Source of the DNA: Eledone cirrhosa
Lineage: Eukaryota
NCBI GenBank assembly: GCA_964016885.1
Contig: OZ024746.1
Location: 24,676,001-24,740,000, forward strand
DNA length: 64,000 nucleotides
Direction: 5' to 3'
A program made the position numbers and the translations under genes. The notes beneath the pieces are model-generated. The model did no database searches. It was not told where the DNA came from and saw only the letters and a program-made list of their open reading frames with translations. Below, in pieces: positions 14,314 to 28,911 of the stretch. Numbering within the stretch: the stretch's first letter is position 1; every line of letters begins with the position of its first letter.

Positions 14314-14959
14314 GGTCACTCTTGAGTGCTACTGGTAACATGTAACCCAGTACAACCTGTCGCATGGTCGGGTCGTCGGCGACTAAACTCATCGGCGAGC
14401 AACCACCCCCACCCTCCACCCCCACCCCCCAAGTTTACTTGGTGAGAAGAGTGATTTTGGACACCCCGCGGGACAAAAACCAAAACCTGACAAAGGGCGG
14501 AAGAACTCATATAAGAGTCAATGGCCATCCAAAAATGTGTGAACATGTATATACACATGGACATATGTATGTATATGTATATATGTATATGCAAGTATGC
14601 ATATGTATGTATATACGCGGGGACATAGAAATAATCGAGCTGGGTACCCGATCGCGCAGTTAAACCACTGGGAGTGAAGGACCCCTAGCCTTTGCCAGGG
14701 CATTCTTCTAGGAGAAGGCAACTCAGGAAACTGGGATGACTCCGATGTAAAACCTGCGGCTCAGTAGTGACCGATGATGTTGATCTTTTCTTCTTTTCGG
14801 GTTATAGCTACTGTCGCTCAGAGAGCGGGATTGGTTCAGTGCACAGTCTTTCCTCACTTTAAAAGAAATCTTCATGCACAGGCATTGCACGATAGCATTA
14901 ATTAATAATTATTAATAATGTTATATCGTGCAATAGCCATACTCGATAACGAGGGGGCA

Positions 14960-14965
<6 letters not shown>
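14310..14965 (+). mobile_element. Non-autonomous bipartite RTE derivative, family 1 (apparently full length)
   Basis: 14617-14895 matches the RTE 5' UTR (52830-53110, minus). The last ~38 nt match the RTE 3' end (48944-48980). Confidence 0.85.
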
Positions 14966-15020
<55 letters not shown>

Positions 15021-15029
15021 CAAAGAGTT

Positions 15030-15155
15030 ATTTTAACGAAATTTCCATTATAACGAAATTTGTTTCAATACCCGCTTGATGTGTTAGGTCGATCTCGTTA
15101 TAAAGAATTATTTATTTTTATACCCCGTGAATTTCGTTATAACAGAATTTCACTG
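15030..15155. mobile_element. pogo/Tigger-like terminal fragment
   Basis: Ends TTCGTTATAACAGAATTTCACTG-TA; repeated TAACGAAAT motifs. Confidence 0.45.
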
Positions 15156-15186
<31 letters not shown>

Positions 15187-15187
15187 T

Positions 15188-15223
<36 letters not shown>

Positions 15224-15247
15224 AACATATATACATATATGTATGTA

Positions 15248-15320
<73 letters not shown>

Positions 15321-15352
15321 TGTATGTAATATATATATATATATATATATAT

Positions 15353-15555
15353 AACGAAGGAGTTGTGGTAAGGAACCAGATGGAACATAACGCACCAGAG
15401 TACTCAATAGTTAGGGTAGTAGAGTGGGTAATAGGAAAATGTATGACCCCGACGGCAGAGCTCAAGCCGTTTCGACGGGTATTTCTGGACTCGCTAGCGT
15501 CCAGAAATTGCCGTTGAAACGGCTTGAGCTCTGCCGTAGGGGTCATACATTTTCC
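15353..15555 (-). mobile_element. Family B foldback element
   Basis: Long arm plus inverted short arm, centred near 15495; TA flanks. Confidence 0.75.
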
Positions 15556-15600
15556 TATATATATATATATTTACATATATATACTTATATATATATATAC

Positions 15601-15789
<189 letters not shown>

Positions 15790-15850
15790 CATATATACAT
15801 ATATATATATATATACATATATATACATATATATTTATATACATATATAC

Positions 15851-15955
<105 letters not shown>

Positions 15956-16031
15956 GATTTCACTCGAATGAAACACTTCTAGTCTTGTAGAAGTCAATTC
16001 TATATAAAATAAAATACATAAATATACACAA

Positions 16032-16092
<61 letters not shown>

Positions 16093-16210
16093 TGTAATAA
16101 ACAACATAAGGCAATTATTTCATTTACCAGTGGTTTCTTAAAAGCAAACAAATGTAACCTACATAGAGCACTCTTTTTTCCTTGACCTTTCCGACGGAAT
16201 TACTACAGTT

Positions 16211-16256
<46 letters not shown>

Positions 16257-16259
<3 letters not shown>

Positions 16260-16553
16260 AAAGTTCTATTTAAAGTTGTTGGGATACAACAAGTAAATAT
16301 TTTTATAACTGATATAAAGCACTCGACAAATTTTTGGAGTAGATATACGATATTAATAAATGGAAACTATATTATCCAGACAGCCTTCAAAAGTAATGGT
16401 TGTATTTTAAAGGGTACGTCAAACCTATTTGTAAAACTGTTATATATTGTATTTTGTCTGATGAAGGCATACCATAATTTAATGTGGTATCCCTGAAATA
16501 TGTATAATGAAATAAATATGGTTTTATAAATATAGTTTACATTTATTAATATC

Positions 16554-16554
<1 letters not shown>
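16257..16554. mobile_element. Family C hammerhead element with inverted terminal arm
   Basis: Plus strand ~16450-16515: TATTTTGT-CTGATGA-AGGcATACCAT...GTGGTATcCCT-GAAA-TATGTA-TA-ATGAAATA. Confidence 0.75.
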
Positions 16555-16586
<32 letters not shown>

Positions 16587-16588
<2 letters not shown>

Positions 16589-16775
16589 TGAGATTCTACA
16601 GGACTAGAACTGTTTCATTCTTTAGAAATCATCAGGAATCTCTGATTCCTGATGATTTCTAAAGAATGAAACAGTTCTAGTCCTGTAGAATCTCATCTAT
16701 ATTAAAACTTTTATACTCTGCAATGTATTGAGTACCTTACTTACTGTGGTTACCTCCGATTCAACCCGGAATAAC

Positions 16776-16776
<1 letters not shown>
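16587..16776 (+). mobile_element. Family A foldback element with two opposed type-I hammerheads (16592-16640 minus; 16644-16692 plus)
   Basis: GATTC-CTGATGA-tTTCtaaaGAAt-GAAA-CAG ttctagtc CTG-TA-GAATC. Confidence 0.8.
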
Positions 16777-16841
<65 letters not shown>

Positions 16842-17193
16842 AAGAATATAGATTAAAGGTAGGATTTCTTTCCAATATGAATCAGATGAAGTGGCCATTC
16901 AATGGTAGCATTTAATACCAATATAGGGAATATAACGAGGACACACTCAACATATGACGTGATACACGAAGAGCTTTCATTCTGGCTGGGAATAAATATA
17001 TATGATATATCGCTTTCGAAATGTGAATCTGACACAACTATCATACATTTTCTTCTGCTATCTATTTAATCAAACATATAGAAATATCAGCATAAGCACA
17101 TACTCATACACACACACATAGATACACATATATATATATGTGTGTGTGTGCGTGTGTGTGTGTACGTAGGTATGTATATATACTATGTATATA

Positions 17194-17243
<50 letters not shown>

Positions 17244-17247
<4 letters not shown>

Positions 17248-17440
17248 ATATTAACAAATGGAAACTATATTTATAAAACCATATTTATTTCATTATACGT
17301 ATTTCAAGGGCCACCAGAGCAAACTATGGTGCGCTTTCATCAGATAAAATATAATATAGGTTAGTTTTATAAATAAATATTGACATACCCTTAAAAAATG
17401 CAACCATTCTGGTTGGAATCTCCTGGATAGATATAACCAC
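17244..17440 (-). mobile_element. Diverged family C element
   Basis: Homologous to 16370-16554; retains CTGATGA...GAAATACGTATA on the minus strand. Confidence 0.6.
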
Positions 17441-17700
17441 TATATATATATATATATATATATAACCTCTACATATATATATATGTATGTATGTATGTAT
17501 GTACATATATAAAACATATATATATATATGTATAAATGTATATAAGAATAAACATATACACATACACACACACATACATATATATAAATATGTGTGTGTG
17601 TGTATGTGTGTGTGTGTGCGTGTGTGTGTGTATGTGTGTGTGTGTATGTTGGTGTGTGTGTGTGTGTGTGTTGGTGTGTGTGTGTTGGTGTGTGTGTGTT

Positions 17701-17791
<91 letters not shown>

Positions 17792-17824
17792 ACTATTATA
17801 TTATTATATATATATATAATATAA

Positions 17825-17975
17825 ATGACCTCTACAGGACTCAGAGACCATCACCTGCTGGTTTCTTACGAATGAAACAATTTTAGTCTTGTAGAAATTA
17901 TTTCTATAATAAAATAAAAATCTCTCTACTCTTCAAACGTCTTCAGTACCTTTTGTAACTGTAGTCAGATACCGA
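17825..17975 (+). mobile_element. Diverged family A-related element
   Basis: CTGCTGGTTTCTTACGAATGAAACAATTTTAGTCTTGTAG...CAGTACCTTT; core degenerate. Confidence 0.5.
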
Positions 17976-18057
17976 TATATATATATATATATAAATGAAA
18001 AAAAAAATATATATATATATATATATAAATGAAAATATATATATATATATATAAATG

Positions 18058-18242
<185 letters not shown>

Positions 18243-18293
18243 ATATATATATTTTTTTTCATATATATATGTATATATATGTGTATACATAAG

Positions 18294-18365
<72 letters not shown>

Positions 18366-18442
18366 CATATATATATATGCATATATATGTGTATACATAC
18401 GTATATATATATGTATACGTATATATATATATATATATACAC

Positions 18443-18496
<54 letters not shown>

Positions 18497-18529
18497 ATAT
18501 GTATAAACACACACACACACACACACATA

Positions 18530-18570
<41 letters not shown>

Positions 18571-19025
18571 TTACTGATCTCAGTCGGTAAAGACCACTGC
18601 CCTCCTTCTGCCAGTCCTTAACGACCTCAGTACTTGTTTTTTTCAAGTCTGTCCCCTATTATTGTATCATTCTCTTTTTGTCGAACCACAAAATTACGGG
18701 ACATAAACTCATAGAGATAAATACATATAAACTCAGACACAAACACGCACAGACCATACACACATACTCACACTCTTACATATAAATAAATATACAGATC
18801 TATAAATCATATATATCCGCATATATATATACATTTATACATATATATACATAGATATGTCTCATTTGAAATAATACAGCCAATTTTCCATGCAATACTT
18901 TTAGTTAGCACCCCGAACACATAATTGGGAATATAATCATTTATTTCCAAATGTTTGTTGAGTGAGTTGGAATTTGACCGGAGTATCGCTAAAAAGCTTT
19001 CTCCGATATTGTATTTATATACATG

Positions 19026-19058
<33 letters not shown>

Positions 19059-19064
<6 letters not shown>

Positions 19065-19336
19065 GTGAGGTTTTTTTTACAAAATGAAAAAAAAAAAACG
19101 GGATATCCTATACGAGTGGAAGTATAAGGAAAAAAGATGAAATCGAAAATGAAACTGGAGTCTTTTTAAAAAAAATATATATTTATTTGGTTCCTTTACC
19201 GGTTTCGCAGTTCTTGTGCTTTTCAAAAGTAGAGTTGAGATGGAGGGTTTGTGGCTTTTCCACAAACCCTCCATCTCAATTCTATTTTTTTTAAAAAGAC
19301 TCGAGTTGCATTTTCGATTTCATCTTTTTTCCTTCT
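19059..19336 (-). mobile_element. Family D foldback element with U3-A8 hammerhead (19193-19230)
   Basis: Homologous to 780-930; inverted arm 19261-19336. Confidence 0.7.
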
Positions 19337-19363
19337 ATATATATATATATAATTAGATATGTG

Positions 19364-19398
<35 letters not shown>

Positions 19399-19465
19399 TA
19401 TATTATATTGGTTTATATATATAAATATATGGGTGTATCTATGTGTATATATATGTGTATATATA

Positions 19466-19508
<43 letters not shown>

Positions 19509-19626
19509 GAAAAGTATAGAAATCATTGTAGCAAGAAGCCAACAGTATTCCATATATATATATTTGTGTGTGTATGTGTGTATATATATATATGTATATA
19601 TTTGTGTGTGGGGGGGGGGTGTTTTT

Positions 19627-19695
<69 letters not shown>

Positions 19696-19825
19696 TGTAC
19701 CTTATAGATACAGTATTTGAACAATAGTCGTCTGCTAAAAACTGGACATGAGCGTGTCACTGACTGACGTGTGGAAGTAATCAGGGTCACTAAACATATA
19801 CAGGGTCATATGAATGTAAATATGT

Positions 19826-19885
<60 letters not shown>

Positions 19886-20411
19886 TTCCGCCAGCCTTAA
19901 AATGCCTAAGACGCCATCAAGTGTTACGTACCCCCATCATGTATTGAGAGAGAGAGACATATTGATAGGTAGCTAGATAGATAGTTACATACAAACAAGC
20001 AAATAGTGAAGAATAAATACATATAAATATAAATACATTCAAACGCATAAGGATGCGTACGTGTCTACATCTAGACAAACATACATATAAACATATGTTT
20101 ATACATACATACATATAAACAAATGTATATACGTATATACTTATACATACATATATACATACATACGGGCATACCTTTATATATACGTAAATATATACAT
20201 GTATAACTGTATAAATGTACGTATGCGTGCTATCTGTTGATACATACATTGATATAGATATATATTATTTATAAATATATAACATATGTATATTAATATG
20301 ATTATACTTAAACCCATCGCTTTAACATGTATACATGCATACATATATACATAAATATATAAATACATACATACATACATACATACATACATACATACAT
20401 ACATACATACA

Positions 20412-20442
<31 letters not shown>

Positions 20443-20578
20443 TTACATATTAATGCAAGTATAGTTGTTAAATATAAAGATTCATTTATGCATGTATGTA
20501 TAAATGAATACATAGATAGATATATGTAATATATATATATATATATATATACACATACATTCACTCCTGCATACATAA

Positions 20579-20631
<53 letters not shown>

Positions 20632-20728
20632 TATATAAGCCGGGACTCGATGACTGAGCTCTTGCTGTTTCAACAGCTACTTCTATATATATATATATGT
20701 ATATATGTATATATACATATATGTATAT

Positions 20729-20770
<42 letters not shown>

Positions 20771-20796
20771 ATATATATATGTATGTATATATATAC

Positions 20797-20833
<37 letters not shown>

Positions 20834-20838
20834 TATAT

Positions 20839-21068
<230 letters not shown>

Positions 21069-21097
21069 AAAGATAACAATATAAAAAGATAACTTAC

Positions 21098-21190
21098 CTC
21101 TCCAGATCCAAGAAAACCAATTCCTCTACGGGACTCGGGCCCATTTTTTAATCCGGCTTACATTAGTTCCGTAAACAAAGCAAAGTGTTA
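21098..21190 (-). other. Candidate spliced exon with possible start codon ([15 protein letters not shown]...)
   Basis: tattcag|...AAAAATGGGC...GAGAG|gtaagt. Unique sequence island; no recognisable homology. Confidence 0.3.
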
Positions 21191-21421
21191 CTGAATATCA
21201 ATATAAATATATTTATTTATATATATATGTACTCCTATATATTATCCATACATGTATATATGCATGTATATATACTCCTATATATTATCCATACAAGTAT
21301 ATATGCATGTGTATATATAGACGTGTTAACTTGAACAGCACAACTCCGTATTTATTTTCATCCAATAATAATTTTTCCTTTTGTAAGGCGAAAGTGTTTT
21401 CACAATTGTAATTTGTTGTTG

Positions 21422-21500
<79 letters not shown>

Positions 21501-21860
21501 ACAGCAGCTCAATTATATCTATTATTAGCAACAATAGATAAGTTAAACTATTATCTTAATTAGTAAAATTAGGTTCTAGTTATAATTATTTTCCGGTTGA
21601 GGTTTGCCTTTGTTTTGTTTTATTCTTTTTTTTTTGTTGGTGTTGTTTTTTTATTTGTTTTTGTTTTGCTTTGTTTTTTTTAAGTTGCTTCCGTTGAATT
21701 TCCTATTTTTGGAAAGAGTACGAATATATATATATATATATATAATTTATTTATATACGTGTTTGTGAAATTATGTATATTAGTATGTGTTATATATATA
21801 TATATATACGTATATATATATATATATCTCTCTATATATATATCTATATCTATATCTATC

Positions 21861-21900
<40 letters not shown>

Positions 21901-21999
21901 GAAAGAGAGGTTGGGGAAGTATGTAGTGCCTGATAACTATATGTTTGTTTACATATATACATATATTATATGTTTGTTTACATATATACCTATATATAG

Positions 22000-22067
<68 letters not shown>

Positions 22068-22372
22068 GAATGAGTGTTTCTATGTATTTGTGTAAATATA
22101 TATGTGTGTGTGTGTGTTTATTTTATGTGTGTATGTGTGGAAGTACCATATTCTAATAGCCCTACAATCTTTGTCTCTCTCTCTCATTATATATTTATAG
22201 ATTTGTGGAGGCAGATTTTTGTTTACGTGTAGGCGGGCGATATAAGGTTTAATAGTTCGGCTTAAGACGTTAATTTAACAGGCTGCCAGGATTCGCAGCT
22301 AATTAGAATACTGTTTCCTGGTTTCATTAATCTTTTGATGCGATCTATTAACCGCCGTCTCTATATCCACCC

Positions 22373-22426
<54 letters not shown>

Positions 22427-22961
22427 TTATCTATCTATCCATCCATCCATCTATCTATATGTCTGTCTGTCTATCTATATACCGACCTGTTTAACTATCT
22501 GTCTAGCTACTAATATATTCATATCTATTTGTACCCTTCTTTTGTGCCCCTGTGGCTAATAAAGAAAAATAAATATATTCATATCTATATATCTATCTAT
22601 ATCAATCTATTTAGCTCTTTTTCTCTTCCTCATGCACACATAAACACATCCAAACATATACATCTACCCACTCTCATCCACACGAGCACACATACACGCC
22701 CTCTTACGGACAACCACACACTCACACAATAAAACACACACGTACACTCACACACACACACAGACAGACACACACGCACACACACGCACACACGCGCACA
22801 CACACCTCACAGTGTTATATATAATTAAATAATTCGAAGAATTCGATCGAATGTTTAACCAATATCATTCATTTCTTTCTGACTTCTGAGAAAATTCCAA
22901 ATACAACGTCTTTTTCCAGCAACAAACTCTGACATTACTTCTAAAATCTTATCAGATTCAC

Positions 22962-22992
<31 letters not shown>

Positions 22993-23211
22993 GCGTGTGT
23001 GTATATATAACTGTGTGTATATATAACTGTGTGTGTATCAATAGATAGATATATTCAATCTATGGACAAAATAAATTATTACGGTTGTATAACGATAAAG
23101 AGATATATAGATAGATAGAAATGTTATTAGTTTAAATGACTTGTAAGACCATTTATTCAACTTTGGCACTCGTTACCTTTAAGGGTTTAACTGTAATAGA
23201 TAACGGATGTA

Positions 23212-23288
<77 letters not shown>

Positions 23289-23427
23289 ATATGTCCGTCT
23301 GTGTGTGTGAAGATATGTTATAGTTTTTTACACACACGTGCAAAAATATCTACAATATTATTCTCGTATGAAATAAAAAATATACGTGCTTCAATATATA
23401 TATATATATGTATGTATGTATGCGTAA

Positions 23428-23469
<42 letters not shown>

Positions 23470-23873
23470 CGTGTGTGTTTCAATATATGTGTTTATATAG
23501 AAATAATGATAATAATAATTATGTGTATATAGTTATAATGTTAAAGAATGTATATGATATACACACGTGGATGAATAGGTAGTGAAAACACGATAGCAGA
23601 CATCCAATTAGAATATTTAAAACTGTGAGTGAACTTGTCTTGGCGTTATATTGGCGTTGATGGATCGAATCTCGATTGTCCCTGGTTGAGTCGACGACGT
23701 TCGTTTGTACATTCAATACGTTTGTTGTTGTTCTTGTTGTCGTTGTTAGTATACAGCTATACAAACAACAAAAAATCATCAGCTACCATTAACAGTATAA
23801 GTAATAGTAATAATAGCAGTAATTGTAGCTCTTGTTGTACTGGTGGCAGCTGTAGTAGTAGTAGTAGTAGTTA

Positions 23874-23924
<51 letters not shown>

Positions 23925-24955
23925 TAGTATTCCTCTCGCCGTTCGGTTACTGTCTTGCTGTCGATTTTACTATTGCAATAATGTTGACTCAATCACAGTT
24001 CCTGTTGCTGCTGCTGCTGCTGCTGCTGCAGTTGTTGTTGCTGCTGCTGCTGTTGCTGCTGCTACTACTACTGCTGCTGTTGTAGTTCTAGTTGTTGTTG
24101 TTGTTTTTTTTCTAAATCCGTTTCACTTATTTATTTTTTTACTATTATTATTTATTATTATTTATTTTCGTTCTAGTTGTTTTTCATGGTTAATATTTCA
24201 CAATATAAAAATATCTTTACAATTGTCAGTATCATTACGATCTGTGTGTGTGTGTGTGTGTATATATCTATCTATATTATATACCTATAATATATATTAT
24301 ATACCTATAATATATATATATAGGTATATATATATATATATATATTTATAGAGTGCCAGATGGAATTTCCAATTCAAACACCATTGTTTTTAAAGTATGT
24401 AAAAGTATTTAATAAACCACCATCTTTCTTTCGCACTTCACACATAGATACATACATACATATATATGTGTGTGTGTGTGTGTGTGTGTAAGCGTATGCG
24501 TTCTTGTGTGTATCTATGTGTATATGTATGGATGGATGTGAAAGGAATTCTACTCCAGGGTATATATATTTATTCCAGTAAAAATCTTTGATAGAATTTT
24601 GTGATTATTTCCTTTCATGTACTTTCAACAGAGAAATCTGGAAAAATTCTTTAATTTAATAAATTTTTCTATTTTATATCTTTTTTTCCGTTTGAATTAA
24701 GATATTTTTCATGATATTTTAGTTTAGTTTTCCATGTTTTTTTTGTTTTGTTTTGTTTTTTGTTGTTCTTTTTATTCTTTCGGCTTTGTGGATTTTGGAT
24801 GTTTTCTATGGTTTTCTTTTATAGTTGGAATCTGGAAAATTAGAAATAGAAAGAAATGATACATGAAAATAAATAGCTATTATAGGGTATAGCAAAAAAC
24901 AATCATTCATACAGACATAGATATTTCTATTAAACATTATGTGTATATATATGTG

Positions 24956-25089
<134 letters not shown>

Positions 25090-25295
25090 CATATATATGT
25101 ATATGGGAGGTGTATGTGCGTGTGTGCATGTATATACATGTATACAAGGGATCTATTGAAGTAACACTTAACGGAGACAACACGAGAGGAATTATATGAG
25201 ATGGCTCCGTTTTCACTCAATGACACATAATACATGCAACGCACGTACACACATACACACACATATACACAAATATATACATATATATATATATT

Positions 25296-25354
<59 letters not shown>

Positions 25355-25562
25355 CGATAGATAGATAGATCGATATCGAGAGATAGAGTGTGTAGGAGAA
25401 AGAGATGATGGGAGAGAGAGTTAGATAGGAATAAGAATTAATGCTCGGTTGTAAATTTCTAAGACTAAGAATTATGTTTAATTTAAGCAGTAGGCTAGAT
25501 TCTGTAGCGATGAGGCCAATATACTGCCCTTCATATGTATAAATAATATCAAAAAACATTTA

Positions 25563-26873
25563 CTGATGGGTTAACTCAATACATATAGCACAATAATATA
25601 TATCATGTATCGTGTATCATGTATATCTTGGTTAATGGGGCTCAATACTTATAGCAAAGACATATTTATTATATACTATGTATATCTTGGTTAATGGGGC
25701 TCAATACATATAGCAAAGATATATTTATTATATACTATGTATATCTTGGTTAATGGATCTCAATACTTATAGCAGAGACATACTTATTATATACTATGTA
25801 TATCCTGGTTAATGGATCTCAATACTTATAGCAAAGACATATTTATTATATACTATGTATATCTTGGTTAATGGGGCTCAATACTTATAGCAGAGACATA
25901 CTTATTATATACTATGTATATCCTGGTTAATGGATCTCAATACTTATAGCAAAGATATATTTATTATATACTATGTATATCTTGGTTAATGGATCTCAAT
26001 ACTTATAACAAAGACATATTTATTATATACTATGTATATCTTGGTTAATGGATCTCAATACTTATAACAAAGACATATTTATTATATACTATGTATATCT
26101 TGGTTAATGGATCTCAATACTTATAACAAAGACATATTTATTATATACTATGTATATCTTGGTTAATGGATCTCAATACTTATAACAAAGACATATTTAT
26201 TATATACTATGTATATCTTGGTTAATGGATCTCAATACTTATAACAAAGACATATTTATTATATACTATGTATATCTTGGTTAATGGATCTCAATACTTA
26301 TAACAAAGACATATTTATTATATACTATGTATATCTTGGTTAATGGGGCTCAATACTTATAACAAAGACATATTTATTATATACTATGTATATCTTGGTT
26401 AATGGGGCTCAATACTTATAACAAAGACATATTTATTATATACTATGTATATCTTGGTTAATGGGGCTCAATACTTATAGCAGAGACATATTTATTATAT
26501 ACTATGTATATCTTGGTTAATGGATCTCAATACTTATAACAGAGACATATTTATTATATACTATGTATATCTTGGTTAATGGATCTCAATACTTATAACA
26601 AAGACATATTTATTATATACTATGTATATCTTAGTTAATGGGGCTCAATACTTATAGCAAAGACATATTTATTATATACTATGTATATCTTGGTTAATGG
26701 ATCTCAATACTTATAACAGAGACATATTTATTATATACTATGTATATCTTGGTTAATGGATCTCAATACTTATAGCAAAGACATATTTATTATATACTAT
26801 GTATATCTTAGTTAATGGGGCTCAATACTTATAACAGAGACATATTTATTATATACTATGTATATCTTGGTTA
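25563..26873. repeat. 59-bp minisatellite, ~22 copies
   Basis: Unit GTTAATGGATCTCAATACTTATAACAAAGACATATTTATTATATACTATGTATATCTTG, head to tail with no spacers. Confidence 0.95.
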
Positions 26874-27017
26874 AATGAACTTGAGACTCGCAAAGTCAAC
26901 CACTGAACCGTCTCCAATAGCATTGACACATGTTATGTCTAACTTAATAAATCCATTTGGCTTAGACATAAAATCAGATTTTGCAGATTTCGTATTTAAG
27001 ACATACTTTGAACACAC

Positions 27018-27261
<244 letters not shown>

Positions 27262-27680
27262 TAAGGACAATGTGAGTGAATGTATGTATGTGTGTGCGTG
27301 TGTGGGGGTGGGGTTTTTAAACAGAATGACATGTGTGACCATAGGTTTCGTTGAATCCTCTTTATTTTTGCAAAGTAATCGAGGTCGGAATTTTTAACAC
27401 GGTATCAGACATATACAAAACTCTATTGCATGCATTTATGTTTTTAGTTCCACAAAATAAAATATAAACAATATATATATATTTGTATGTATATGTATAG
27501 ATATGTGTGTATATGCATATATATATATATATATATATATAATAACTAGTTATTATAAAAGGCTCGGACCTACTCGTTAGAATCTTAGAGCTTATTTTGC
27601 GGGTGATATGGCGCATGTCTCTCTGGCATGACACCCATAATTTTGATTTAGATTAAATTCATTTGATTTATCTTAATTTT

Positions 27681-27715
<35 letters not shown>

Positions 27716-27722
27716 TATATAT

Positions 27723-27837
27723 AACGAAGGAAATGTGGTAACGCACCAAAGTACTCAATACATAGGGTAGTAGAGTGGGTAATAGGAACCAGTAAGACCC
27801 CGACGGCTGAGCTCAAGCCGTTTCGACGGCTAATTCT

Positions 27838-27872
<35 letters not shown>

Positions 27873-28004
27873 AAAATGTATGACCCCCCCCCCCCGATGG
27901 CAGAGTTCAAGCCGTTTCGACGGCTATTTCTGGACTAAAAAACCAGAAATAGCCGTCGAAACGGCTTGAACTCTGCCATCGGGGGGGGGGGGGTCATACA
28001 TTTT

Positions 28005-28007
<3 letters not shown>
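27723..28007. mobile_element. Family B elements (27723-27841 minus; near-perfect foldback 27870-28007)
   Basis: Same sequence family as 7898; C/G homopolymer expansion on both arms. Confidence 0.75.
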
Positions 28008-28041
<34 letters not shown>

Positions 28042-28054
<13 letters not shown>

Positions 28055-28419
28055 TGTAGTTCCTGTCTGTTTGTTTGTTTGTTTGTTCACGAACCCCTCC
28101 TATGGTTTTGGAGATAGACCCCTATAACCATATATATTCTGAAACTACATTGCCCAGGGTACTTGGATAAGTATATTTCATTTTAATCACAAACTGAAAA
28201 CCCCCGCTGAAAATTTTTTCCCTTCGATTTATATGAAATTTAAACCATAGCTAAATGACAAGATATGATGCCTATTCCCAACATTTCAGCAAATTTCAAT
28301 AATATTAAGACACCCTAATGGAGTTTTTCTCCATAAATTATATCACTGATTTAAAATCAATCATCATTTTCTTACAAAAAAAATGTGTGAAACTCAGCAA
28401 GGCGCGAGTAATTCGGCTA

Positions 28420-28420
<1 letters not shown>
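28042..28420 (+). mobile_element. Non-autonomous Helitron-like element
   Basis: TATATAAAG start, (GTTT)n near the 5' end, 3' hairpin ACTC...GAGT then CTAG-T. Confidence 0.55.
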
Positions 28421-28486
<66 letters not shown>

Positions 28487-28509
28487 CACGCACACACATA
28501 CAAACGAAC

Positions 28510-28695
28510 AATGCATTATGTCCTTGAGCAAGACACTTTATTTCACGTTGCTCCTTCTGTCTGGATTTGCGACAGGTAGATAATATTACCAATTGGAAAG
28601 ACCAATGGAAACATTGTTTCCTCGGTCCGATTTGACGAGCTTCACCCCACTCGTTAAGCGAATGAGGTCTGGGATCTTGTCGACCGATTGTCGAT
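28510..28695 (+). mobile_element. CORE-like SINE fragment
   Basis: Homologous to 44708-44850. Confidence 0.7.
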
Positions 28696-28911
28696 ATATA
28701 CATATATGTGTGTGTAGAAATCCGTAGAAGAAAGATCAAGGAAAACAGTGCTCAGTCTGTTGCAAGAGAGCTTATTTAGTATAAACAAAGTTTCATGCAC
28801 TTATATTTGTCACCGTAAAAAGTAAGCAGGAACGAAATCAAGGCTACACCATAAATAAACTTTATTAGTATATGACAATTATTTCGGAATCGATCAGCTC
28901 ATGGTTCTATC

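Noticed and set aside
23629-24351. 240-aa poly-S/poly-A ORF
   Set aside because: Driven by GTA/GCT trinucleotide repeats, no ATG start, no domain.
25563-26873. CRISPR-like array
   Set aside because: Contiguous units with no unique spacers, no cas genes, eukaryotic context.
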